Below, piece after piece: positions 28,853-36,787 of a stretch of DNA of 64,000 nt. This stretch comes from an uncultured Elusimicrobia bacterium (GTDB taxonomy: Bacteria > Elusimicrobiota > Elusimicrobia > 2-01-FULL-59-12), in assembly GCA_963702895.1 (NCBI GenBank), contig OY969767.1, positions 288,001 through 352,000 of the forward strand, given 5' to 3'. The translations under genes and the position numbers were made by a program. The stretch's first letter is position 1. The number at the start of each line of letters is the position of its first letter. The notes beneath the pieces are model-generated. The model searched no databases, had not been told where the DNA came from, and worked only from the letters and a program-made list of their open reading frames with translations.

Positions 28853-29398
28853 ATGGCCCCATCTATTTATCTCATCGTCGCCTTCGGAAAAGACCGTCCG
28901 GGAATTGTGGCGGCTGTGTCCCGTGTGCTTTTTGAGGGGGGCGCCAATATCGAGGACGCGAGCATGACCCGTTTGGGGGGGGAGTTTGCCATGATGCTCG
29001 TGGCCTCCTTCCCATCGGCGAAAAACCGTGGCCTGACAACCAAAGGTTTGGCAGCGCTGAAGAAACAAATGGGTTTGGACGTTTCCCTCAAGCCTCTAAC
29101 GTCGGCGGATGTGCATCGAAAGTACCTGGAACCGCCTCACTATCTCTTGTCGGTCTATGGGATCGATCATCCCGGCATTGTGGCGGATATCACGCGCGCC
29201 CTGGCCAAGCACAAGATCAACGTGACCGATCTACAGACCAAAGTAACAGGGGGGCAGAAACCGTTGTATGTGATGCTCTTGGAGCTCGCCGCACCGCCCT
29301 CCGCTGATATGGAAGGTGTGCGCGCTGATCTCGATGACCTCAGGCAGAAGCTGAAAGTCGAAATCTCCCTGCAGGACATCGAGCCGGTTGCCCTCTAG
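28853..29398 (+). CDS. Tandem ACT-domain protein (GcvR-like)
   Basis: GKDRPGIV..NIEDASMTRLGGEFAMM and GIDHPGIV..NVTDL. Confidence 0.88.
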   Translation: MAPSIYLIVAFGKDRPGIVAAVSRVLFEGGANIEDASMTRLGGEFAMMLVASFPSAKNRGLTTKGLAALKKQMGLDVSLKPLTSADVHRKYLEPPHYLLSVYGIDHPGIVADITRALAKHKINVTDLQTKVTGGQKPLYVMLLELAAPPSADMEGVRADLDDLRQKLKVEISLQDIEPVAL

Positions 29399-29406
29399 CG
29401 GCGGCT

Positions 29407-29910
29407 GTGATGCCACTCGACGTCCTTCAAGTTCCCCACCCGCTTCTTAAAACAAGGGCCCACCTGGTCGAACCTCACACCCCTGGCCTGCAAGAATTGA
29501 TCGATCGCCTTTTCGACACCCTGTACTTCCACCCACGGTGTGTGGGGATCGCGGCCAATCAAGTGGGCAAACCTTGGCGCCTGTTTGTCGCCGACGCTTC
29601 GAGGATCGACAAGCCTGGGACGCGCCATGGCCGGGTGGTGGTCCTCAACCCCTGGGTTGTGAAACGCGAAGGCCTTCACCTTCATCGAGAAGGCTGTTTA
29701 AGCGTCCCGGATTATACGGGCAATGTGCTTCGCTCGACGGCTGTGGTGGTCCATGGCAAGGACCGGGGAGGCAATGTCCTTGAGATCAAAGCGGACGGGT
29801 TTGAAGCGATGGTCTTTCAGCACGAGATTGACCACTTGGACGGCAAGGTGTTTCTGGATTGTGTAGGGAGCCTCGAGACGGACGTCTTCCGCCGCAAGAA
29901 GTACAGTTAA
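29407..29910 (+). CDS. def: Peptide deformylase
   Basis: GIAANQVG, EGCLS, QHEIDHLDG. Confidence 0.96.
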   Translation: MMPLDVLQVPHPLLKTRAHLVEPHTPGLQELIDRLFDTLYFHPRCVGIAANQVGKPWRLFVADASRIDKPGTRHGRVVVLNPWVVKREGLHLHREGCLSVPDYTGNVLRSTAVVVHGKDRGGNVLEIKADGFEAMVFQHEIDHLDGKVFLDCVGSLETDVFRRKKYS

Positions 29911-29940
29911 CCCTGGATCTTCTGTTGATAATCATCTCGA

Positions 29941-30062
29941 CGTCACCCCGGCAAGTCGTAAGCCGGGGTCTATGATTGATAGGAAAGACATGATGGATCC
30001 GACACACTGCGGTCGGACGCCTGTTGTGTGGCGTCCCGGCTTACGACCTGCCGGGATGACGG
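29941..30062. mobile_element. Palindromic element, copy C (core only, nested insertion)
   Basis: CGTCACCCCGGC..GCCGGGGTCTAT..TGATGGATCC[GACACAC..TGTGTGGCGT]CCCGGC..GCCGGGATGACGG between convergent genes. Confidence 0.8.
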
Positions 30063-30073
30063 CACTAAGTTTT

Positions 30074-30736
30074 CTATTTTCGACGTTCGCTTCTCAGGTA
30101 AGCCCGGAGACCTGCTTTGGCGAAGGGGTTCCGTGTCGATCGCAGCGCCTTCTGCAAAGACATCCACTGATAGGATTCAATTTCTTCTCGTTCTAAGACG
30201 ATCCTTCCCGCTCCACGCTTGCCGAGAAAAACAAAACTGATCATATAACCGCCGCTGCGTCGAAAAACATCGCTGAAGACGCCCAGCAGCCGTCCGAGCC
30301 GGACCCGGACCCCTAACTCCTCATAGGCCTCCCGTCGGGCGCATTCCGCAGGGTGCTCCCCGTACCCCACAAAGCCTCCGGGAAGGTTCCAATATCCGCG
30401 GGTGAGTCCGCGCGCGGCCTTGACCATGAGGACTTTTCCATTTTCCACGATCGCGACTTTGGCGGCCGCGCGGGGCAGGCTGCGGTTGACCGCTCGCTGG
30501 ACCACAGGGGCCACATCCGCTCGTCCGATCACATCGTCCTTATGCATCCAATGGAACGGATGGCGCTTTAAGTGCGGCTTGCAGAAGAGGACCTGCCCTT
30601 CCCGGAACGGCATCCTGAATAAAGTCTGGATGCGGCAGGGGAGTTCGCGGCGACGCGATGGAAACGTCCAGCGCTTTCCGCGCTTGAGCAGGAAGATCTG
30701 TCCGTCACACTCGAGGTAGTAGTAAGTCTTTCGCAT
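30074..30736 (-). CDS. NUDIX hydrolase
   Basis: Nudix box GGFVGYGEHPAECARREAYEELG. Confidence 0.88.
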   Translation of the reverse strand: MRKTYYYLECDGQIFLLKRGKRWTFPSRRRELPCRIQTLFRMPFREGQVLFCKPHLKRHPFHWMHKDDVIGRADVAPVVQRAVNRSLPRAAAKVAIVENGKVLMVKAARGLTRGYWNLPGGFVGYGEHPAECARREAYEELGVRVRLGRLLGVFSDVFRRSGGYMISFVFLGKRGAGRIVLEREEIESYQWMSLQKALRSTRNPFAKAGLRAYLRSERRK

Positions 30737-31676
30737 GATAGGTGATGATGAGATCGGCGCCCGCTCGGCGGATGCCCGTGAGAATTTCGGTGACGGTCCT
30801 CTTCTCGTCGATCAATCCCTTCTCGGCGGCCGCTTTGACCATGGCGTACTCCCCGGACACGTTGTAAGCGGCAATCGGGATGTGAAAACTTTCTTTGACA
30901 CGTCGGATGATGTCGAGATAAGCTAACGCGGGTTTCACCATGATGATGTCGGCCCCCTCTGCGATATCTTCGGCAACCTCGCGGAGCGCTTCCTCAGCGT
31001 TGGCGGGATTCATCTGGTAGGTCTGTCGATTGCCGAACCGGGGCGCGCTTTCGGCGGCTTCTCGGAAGGGCCCGTAGAACGCGGAGGCATACTTCGCTGA
31101 ATAACTCATGATGAGCTTCTGATGGAACCCCTTTTGATCCAAAGCTTTACGGATGGTCATCACCATGCCATCCATCATGCCCGAAGGCGCGATCACATCC
31201 GCCCCTGCGCGTGCCTGAGCGACGGCGGTCCGGGCGATCAGGCGCAGGGTTGCGTCATTGTCGACATCGCCGTTTCGGATAATCCCGCAATGGCCATGGG
31301 ATGTGTATTCACAGAAGCAGAGGTCCGCGGCCACAAGCATCTCCGGTAGGGCCGCTTTGAGCGCTCGAATCGCCTGCTGAACGATGCCTCGAGCGGCGTA
31401 AGCCTCACGTCCGCGCGCGTCTTTTCTGGAAGGAATGCCAAAGAGGAGCACGGAGGAGATCCCTCGGCGAAATAAGGATCTCGCCTCTTGAATCAGGAGA
31501 TCGATGGACAGTTGGTATTGGCCAGGCATCGATCCAATCGGCAAACGAACGTTCCGGCCAGGCCGAACAAAAAAAGGTGCGATAATGCGACGCACAGGAA
31601 GCTCTGATTCCTGAAGCCTGGTACGGACGAGGGAGTTAACGCGCAAGCGCCGTAATCGGGTGGCGGGGAATGCCAT
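30705..31676 (-). CDS. hemB: Porphobilinogen synthase (Zn-dependent ALAD)
   Basis: DLCFCEYTSHGHCG, APSGMMDG, SAFYGPFREA, MVKPA, AYNVSGEY. Confidence 0.97.
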   Translation of the reverse strand: MAFPATRLRRLRVNSLVRTRLQESELPVRRIIAPFFVRPGRNVRLPIGSMPGQYQLSIDLLIQEARSLFRRGISSVLLFGIPSRKDARGREAYAARGIVQQAIRALKAALPEMLVAADLCFCEYTSHGHCGIIRNGDVDNDATLRLIARTAVAQARAGADVIAPSGMMDGMVMTIRKALDQKGFHQKLIMSYSAKYASAFYGPFREAAESAPRFGNRQTYQMNPANAEEALREVAEDIAEGADIIMVKPALAYLDIIRRVKESFHIPIAAYNVSGEYAMVKAAAEKGLIDEKRTVTEILTGIRRAGADLIITYHAKDLLLPRV

Positions 31677-31737
31677 ACCCGGATTTTACAAAACTGGTTG
31701 TTTTTTAAACGTTCGCAGGATAGACTGGCATAGCTGA

Positions 31738-33813
31738 ATGATACGTTCGAGAGTCTTCGCTGTTGGGCTTCTTTTCCTTGCCGCCGCCTCCATGGTGGCG
31801 GTGGGCGTCTGGAATTTTACTCAAAACAAAAAGCATGCCTCTTCTGTTCATGAACAGTGGGCTGCGCGTGTCGCGCAGCGCATCGTGGCCGAGCGTAGGA
31901 CCATCACCATTTGGCTGGAAGACCTCCAAGGCTTAAGAAAAGAAGAGATCCGTCGCGAGCTCTTCCAGCAACCGGACTTTATCGGAGCTTATTGGTTTAA
32001 CGTCAAATCCCATGAATTTGAAAAGTGGGTTTCTCCCGACTACAAGAAACTGTTCGAGACAGGACCAGACCCCCGTCTGATCATCGCTCAGCTCAGAGCG
32101 ACCGAGACGCAGCAGATGCAATTCGGCCCTATGATGGTGTTTCAGCCGCATCTTTGTGTCTCGGCTGCCGTTCCCATCGACCGGCGCTATGCCCTGGTCG
32201 TCATTCAAAGCGCGCCTGGCGTGACGAAAATTCTCAAAGAGGAGTCGGCTTGGTCGCGCGTGCATAGTTATATGTTTGACCCGGGAGGGCAACCCCTCTA
32301 TACCGGTGGGGACCGGTCCGTGATCGATCCGTCGATGCCAGGCCTCTTGCAGCGGGCCTCAGGCGCTGAGCGGTCCGGCAGGTTTCCTCTCCGTCGCCGT
32401 TTCAGCTGGCAATGGCTGGGTACGTTTCATGTGGATCCCGAGCTGGGCGCGGTTCTCGTCGTGCTGGAAGCGACACCCTGGGTCTACTACCCGTCGCTTC
32501 TTTTTGTGGCCTGCCTGGCCGCCATCATTTGGCTCGGCGCCTTGCCCTGGAAAGCAGTCGAAGAGATCCGCCGAGGCCGGGAAGCGGCCGCCTTATCGGA
32601 CTTTGCCAAGCGAGTCGAGAAGTATGTCCGCGGGAAAGAACTTGCTCTGCAGGAGCCGCCCTACCCCTTTCGTGAACTTCTTCCCATTGTTCATTCGCTT
32701 CGATGGCTCGTGCCCGAGTGGAAGAAAGCGGAGGCCTATCCGAAGGAGTACGGACTGGAGCGACGATTGCTCTTGCTTCTCATCGAATCCCTCCCCGAAG
32801 GGATTCTCTTCTTCAACGCGCAAGGGTCTCTCCAGATGGGCAATGAGCTCGGCAAAGTGTTTTTCGCTCTGCAGCAGGAAGCCGGACGTGAGTACAAAAT
32901 GGTTTCCGGGGTTAAGATCCCGCGCGGTTTTCTTGAGCCTTATGCCGAGCCCGTCTTTACCGACCAGCAGAAGAACCTGGGAAAGGAAGTGGAAGTGGCT
33001 TGGGCGGATGGCAAGCATCTTTACCGTGTCTGGGTCGAGGCCGTGGAGGTGGACGAGAAGATCCAGGGGTATATCGTGGTCATTCGGGACATCACCTTTC
33101 GTAAACAGTGGGATTACGTCCAGGAGCAAGTGCTTTCAGGGATCACGCATGACCTTCGCGGGCCGCTTTCCGCCATCATGGGGTACATCGATCTGCTCAA
33201 GCGGCAGATCAAGGACGGCCCTCCCAAGGCGCTGGAGTACCTTGGAATGGCGCGGGACGCGGGCAATCGCTTAACGCAGATGATTTCAGATATTTTGGAT
33301 GTCGTGCGATTTGAACAGGGGAAAATTGAGATGGTGGTGCAATCCGTCTCGGTGGACGGTATCTTTGAGCGTATTCGAAACATTTTTGGCGTGACGTCGA
33401 GTCAGAAAGGCGTGACGCTTGTGCTGCAGATGGCCAACTCGGGCATCAAGGTCACCAGTGACCCTCGACTCTTGGAGCGTGTGCTGGACAACCTCGTGGG
33501 CAATGCCATCAAATTTACCCCGCCGGGAGGAACGATTACGATCAAATCCACCCGCCAAGGCCAAGGAACCCACTTTTCAGTGGCCGACACCGGGCGGGGG
33601 ATCCCCAAGGAAGCTCAGTCGCGTATCTTTGATAAATTCCAGCAGGTGCGCCCGGGAGACCGCTCCGGCGGGTATGGACTGGGACTTGCGGTTGTGAAAT
33701 TTATCATCGAAGCCCACAAGGGCGAGATTCGTGTGGAGTCCGAACTCGATAAAGGGAGCACCTTTAGTTTTTATATTCCTGACCAAGCGGTCAGCGCGCA
33801 AGAGAGCGCATGA
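31738..33813 (+). CDS. Membrane sensor histidine kinase with PAS-like domain
   Basis: 2 TM flanking an extracytoplasmic domain, THDLRGPL, NLVGNAIKFT, GYGLGL. Confidence 0.9.
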   Translation: MIRSRVFAVGLLFLAAASMVAVGVWNFTQNKKHASSVHEQWAARVAQRIVAERRTITIWLEDLQGLRKEEIRRELFQQPDFIGAYWFNVKSHEFEKWVSPDYKKLFETGPDPRLIIAQLRATETQQMQFGPMMVFQPHLCVSAAVPIDRRYALVVIQSAPGVTKILKEESAWSRVHSYMFDPGGQPLYTGGDRSVIDPSMPGLLQRASGAERSGRFPLRRRFSWQWLGTFHVDPELGAVLVVLEATPWVYYPSLLFVACLAAIIWLGALPWKAVEEIRRGREAAALSDFAKRVEKYVRGKELALQEPPYPFRELLPIVHSLRWLVPEWKKAEAYPKEYGLERRLLLLLIESLPEGILFFNAQGSLQMGNELGKVFFALQQEAGREYKMVSGVKIPRGFLEPYAEPVFTDQQKNLGKEVEVAWADGKHLYRVWVEAVEVDEKIQGYIVVIRDITFRKQWDYVQEQVLSGITHDLRGPLSAIMGYIDLLKRQIKDGPPKALEYLGMARDAGNRLTQMISDILDVVRFEQGKIEMVVQSVSVDGIFERIRNIFGVTSSQKGVTLVLQMANSGIKVTSDPRLLERVLDNLVGNAIKFTPPGGTITIKSTRQGQGTHFSVADTGRGIPKEAQSRIFDKFQQVRPGDRSGGYGLGLAVVKFIIEAHKGEIRVESELDKGSTFSFYIPDQAVSAQESA

Positions 33814-34618
33814 CGCGAAGCATGGGGCGGTGAATCTTCCCGTTGGTGGCGAGCGTCTGTTGCCCGTAAATAGAAAAGCGCTTCCCCGAAAAATCGGATA
33901 GCTTCCCGCCCGCTTCTTCTACGATGAGCTTGCCCGCCGCGACATCCCAGGGTTTCAGACGCCACTCCCAGTAGCCGTCGACGCGTCCGCAAGCGACCCA
34001 GCACAGGTCCAGGGCGGCTGCTCCCGCGCGGCGGATCCCCTGTATGCGTTGCATAAACGCTTTGACATAACTCAGGTACAGATCAACTCGTTCCCGCCGG
34101 TCGTAGGGGAACCCCGTCAGCAGCAAAGATTTCGAGAGTCGCTTCGTGCCGGAAACCGCCAGACGCTGCCTCCGTCCTTTGCGGACCAGCCATGCGCCGC
34201 GGCCTTTTTCTGCCCAGAAGAGCTCATCGCGGCAGGGGTCGTAGACGCCACCCAGAACGACGACACCGCGGTGTTCAAAGCCAATAGAGACACAGACCTG
34301 AGGATAGCGATGCGCGAAATTGGTCGTTCCATCGAGTGGATCGACGATCCATTTGCACGGGGACCCCTGCGTGGTGGGGCTGGATTCCTCTGTAAGCAAG
34401 TCGTGATCGGGGAAGCGCTTCTGGATGGTGTCCCGGACGATGCGGTCGGCGGCATGATCCACCCACGTCACGAGATTGATGGCGCTTCCCCCCTTAAAGG
34501 CAACCTTTTTGGGCCGATCGATATTCTCAAGGATCAGTTTGCCAGCGCGCCGGAGGGCCTTGAAGAGGGTCTTGTGAAGCGAAGAGCGAAGGGGGAAGGG
34601 TGAAGGGTGTTCGTTCAT
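33791..34618 (-). CDS. suhB: Inositol monophosphatase family protein
   Basis: WIVDPLDGTTNFAH, GAAALDL, WDVAAG. Start at ATGA overlap with hemD stop. Confidence 0.9.
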   Translation of the reverse strand: MNEHPSPFPLRSSLHKTLFKALRRAGKLILENIDRPKKVAFKGGSAINLVTWVDHAADRIVRDTIQKRFPDHDLLTEESSPTTQGSPCKWIVDPLDGTTNFAHRYPQVCVSIGFEHRGVVVLGGVYDPCRDELFWAEKGRGAWLVRKGRRQRLAVSGTKRLSKSLLLTGFPYDRRERVDLYLSYVKAFMQRIQGIRRAGAAALDLCWVACGRVDGYWEWRLKPWDVAAGKLIVEEAGGKLSDFSGKRFSIYGQQTLATNGKIHRPMLRVMRSLAR

Positions 34619-34662
34619 AAAGGAACTTTTTGGTTCTTCGCTTTTCGCTCTTCGCGCTTCGC
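34575..34662. repeat. Inverted heptamer-like tandem repeats across the hemD/suhB junction
   Basis: GAAGCGAAGAGCGAAG (34576-34591) opposite TTCGCTTTTCGCTCTTCGCGCTTCGC (34637-34662). Confidence 0.5.
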
Positions 34663-35511
34663 ATAGTGTTTCATGATGGCATGCGCGAGGGCCTCGATGG
34701 TATAGCGGGACGCCCTGATGGTGGGGCGCACGCCGTAGCCGCGCAGGGTTTCGGCCGTGATCGGGCCGATCACGGCCGCCTTCATATGCTGGAACACTTT
34801 CTTTCGTTCTGGAGCGCTCCAATGCCTCATAAAACCATCGACGGTCGAGGAGGAGGTGAACGTCACCAGATCGATGTCTCCCACCGAAAAGCGCTGACGA
34901 AGATCTTGGGCGAGGCGTTGGGGCTTGAGCGTCCGGTAGACCGTGGCGATGGTGACTTTGGCGCCTCGCCGCCGGAGCGTGTTGGGCAAAACGTCACGGG
35001 CCTCCTGGGCCCGAGCGATCAGCACTCGCTGAGCTCGCACCTTCCCCAGGGCATCGGCGAGGGCCTCCGCACGATAGTCCTCTGGGAAAATATCGACTTT
35101 GAGGCCAAGGGCCTCGAGTCTCGCGCTGGTCTTGGGCCCAATGGCGCCGATCCGGATGCCCTCGAGCTCGCTGAGCTTCCGGCCCATTTCTTTCATCCGA
35201 TTGAAAAACATCGCGACGCCGTTGACGCTGGTGAAGAGGATCCAGTCGAAGGCCGAAAGGTGGCCGAGCGCGCGGTCGACCGGGGCCCATGTGGGCGGTG
35301 GGACAATTTCAATGGTGGGCAGCAAGATCACGTCCGCCCCAGCTTCTTCGAGGAGATGGACAAATTCAGGCGCTTGACCTGAGGCGCGCGTCACGACAAT
35401 TTTCTTGCCCAAGAGCGGGTGGGTGCCCAACGAGCGTCCCTTTCGGAGAATCTCGGCACCCTTGCCGATCAGGACATCGGCTTTCGATAGCGCTTGGCGT
35501 CCTTTCTTCAT
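34615..35511 (-). CDS. hemD: Uroporphyrinogen-III synthase
   Basis: IVVTRA, FDWILFTSVNGV, AIGPKT, VYRT, FTSSSTV, IGPITA. Confidence 0.93.
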   Translation of the reverse strand: MKKGRQALSKADVLIGKGAEILRKGRSLGTHPLLGKKIVVTRASGQAPEFVHLLEEAGADVILLPTIEIVPPPTWAPVDRALGHLSAFDWILFTSVNGVAMFFNRMKEMGRKLSELEGIRIGAIGPKTSARLEALGLKVDIFPEDYRAEALADALGKVRAQRVLIARAQEARDVLPNTLRRRGAKVTIATVYRTLKPQRLAQDLRQRFSVGDIDLVTFTSSSTVDGFMRHWSAPERKKVFQHMKAAVIGPITAETLRGYGVRPTIRASRYTIEALAHAIMKHYAKREERKAKNQKVPL

Positions 35512-35620
35512 CGAGAATCGAGTTTATCCCATTTCCTTATCGCTGCGCAATTCGGGGGGTGGATCATCCCCTTCATTTCTCAGGGAGAGGGGGATGTCAA
35601 AACACGCTATACTTGCCACC

Positions 35621-36787
35621 ATGAAACAGCACCAGCAGACAGGGGACAGGGGAAAGAAAACGGCATTGGACAAGAAATCTGAAAGATTAAGGCAGAGAAA
35701 CGAAAGCAGAGAAGAGAAAGCAAAACGCTCGGTTTTCCATTCTTTGCTTTCGTCGGTCTGCTTTGTTGTTATTCTCCTGTCCCCTCTGCCCTTTCCCCTC
35801 TCCCCTGCCTTTGCGCGCGCCGGCTGCTCTCACGAAGCGGATTGGAAAGTCGCGGCCGCGGCGGAGTGTCTTGAGAAAAAGGACGTGGGGTGCGCGAAGC
35901 TCAAGCTTGAGCCGGTGCTTTCGCGCGAGCCCGGCTGCGGCTCGGCCCTCTTTGTGAAGGGCTGGATCGTTCAATATTTTGACGGCAACGAGGCGGATGG
36001 CCTGGCCATGCAAGAAAAGGCCATGCGCATGGATCCACGCCTTCAAAACTTCTGGCAGGAACGTGGGAAAGCGATCGAATCGAATCTCACGAGCCAAGCT
36101 TTTTCTCATTTTGACCTCCAGTTCTACGGCGCTGAAAATCGGGCGAAAGCCTGGGACGCCGTCCGGTACTTGAATGAAATGTACATGGACTTAAGCGGGC
36201 TCTTCGGGGAGGTCCCTCCCCGGCGCATTCCCGTCGTGGTCTTCACAGCAGGGGAATTCGTCGACGCATGGAGGGCGCCATTTATCGGCGGCTTCTTTGA
36301 CCGGCAAGACGGCAAAATACGGATCCGGGTCGATGAGCTCCCGGGGGGTGACGAGGAGTTTCGTCACCGGGCGCGCCACGAAATGACGCATGCGTATGTG
36401 TATCAGCTTTATCCCCATGCGATCCCCTCCTGGGCTTCCGAAGGGATTGCGGAGTTCTGCGCGCGCCACGGCGTGTCGCAGGGGTTCTGGAAGGACAAGC
36501 GGCTTGAAGAAATCCGCAAGATCCGAAAAAGCCACGAATGGCTCACCCTCGAGGAGATTCAGGACCTGATCTCCAAGAAACGCGGCTCGCTTCTTTCCAT
36601 GCAGCTGGCCTACATGGAGTCCGAGGCCCTGGTCATCTGGATCGCCAAAGAAAGAGGCGATTCCTGGTTTCCGCGGGTCCTCCGCCACCTCCGCGAGAAG
36701 GGGGGAAGCTTTGACGAGGCTTTCAAGGTTGTCTTGGGGGTTTCTCCAGCAACGGAGCTGGAGCACCTTCGTCACGCCTGGGAGTGA
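35621..36787 (+). CDS. Secreted TPR-like/zinc metallopeptidase (MA clan) protein
   Basis: HEMTH..PSWASEGIAE..AYMES gluzincin-like motifs. TATACT 7 nt before ATG 35621. Confidence 0.75.
   Translation: MKQHQQTGDRGKKTALDKKSERLRQRNESREEKAKRSVFHSLLSSVCFVVILLSPLPFPLSPAFARAGCSHEADWKVAAAAECLEKKDVGCAKLKLEPVLSREPGCGSALFVKGWIVQYFDGNEADGLAMQEKAMRMDPRLQNFWQERGKAIESNLTSQAFSHFDLQFYGAENRAKAWDAVRYLNEMYMDLSGLFGEVPPRRIPVVVFTAGEFVDAWRAPFIGGFFDRQDGKIRIRVDELPGGDEEFRHRARHEMTHAYVYQLYPHAIPSWASEGIAEFCARHGVSQGFWKDKRLEEIRKIRKSHEWLTLEEIQDLISKKRGSLLSMQLAYMESEALVIWIAKERGDSWFPRVLRHLREKGGSFDEAFKVVLGVSPATELEHLRHAWE
35636..35807. repeat. Nested heptamer inverted repeats within N-terminal coding region
   Basis: CAGGGGA-CAGGGGA-AAG vs CTTTCCCCTCTCCCCTG. 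Inner GCAGAGAAACGAAAGCAGAGAA..TTCTTTGCTTTCGT..CTGC. Inner part is similar to 41228-41305. Confidence 0.6.
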
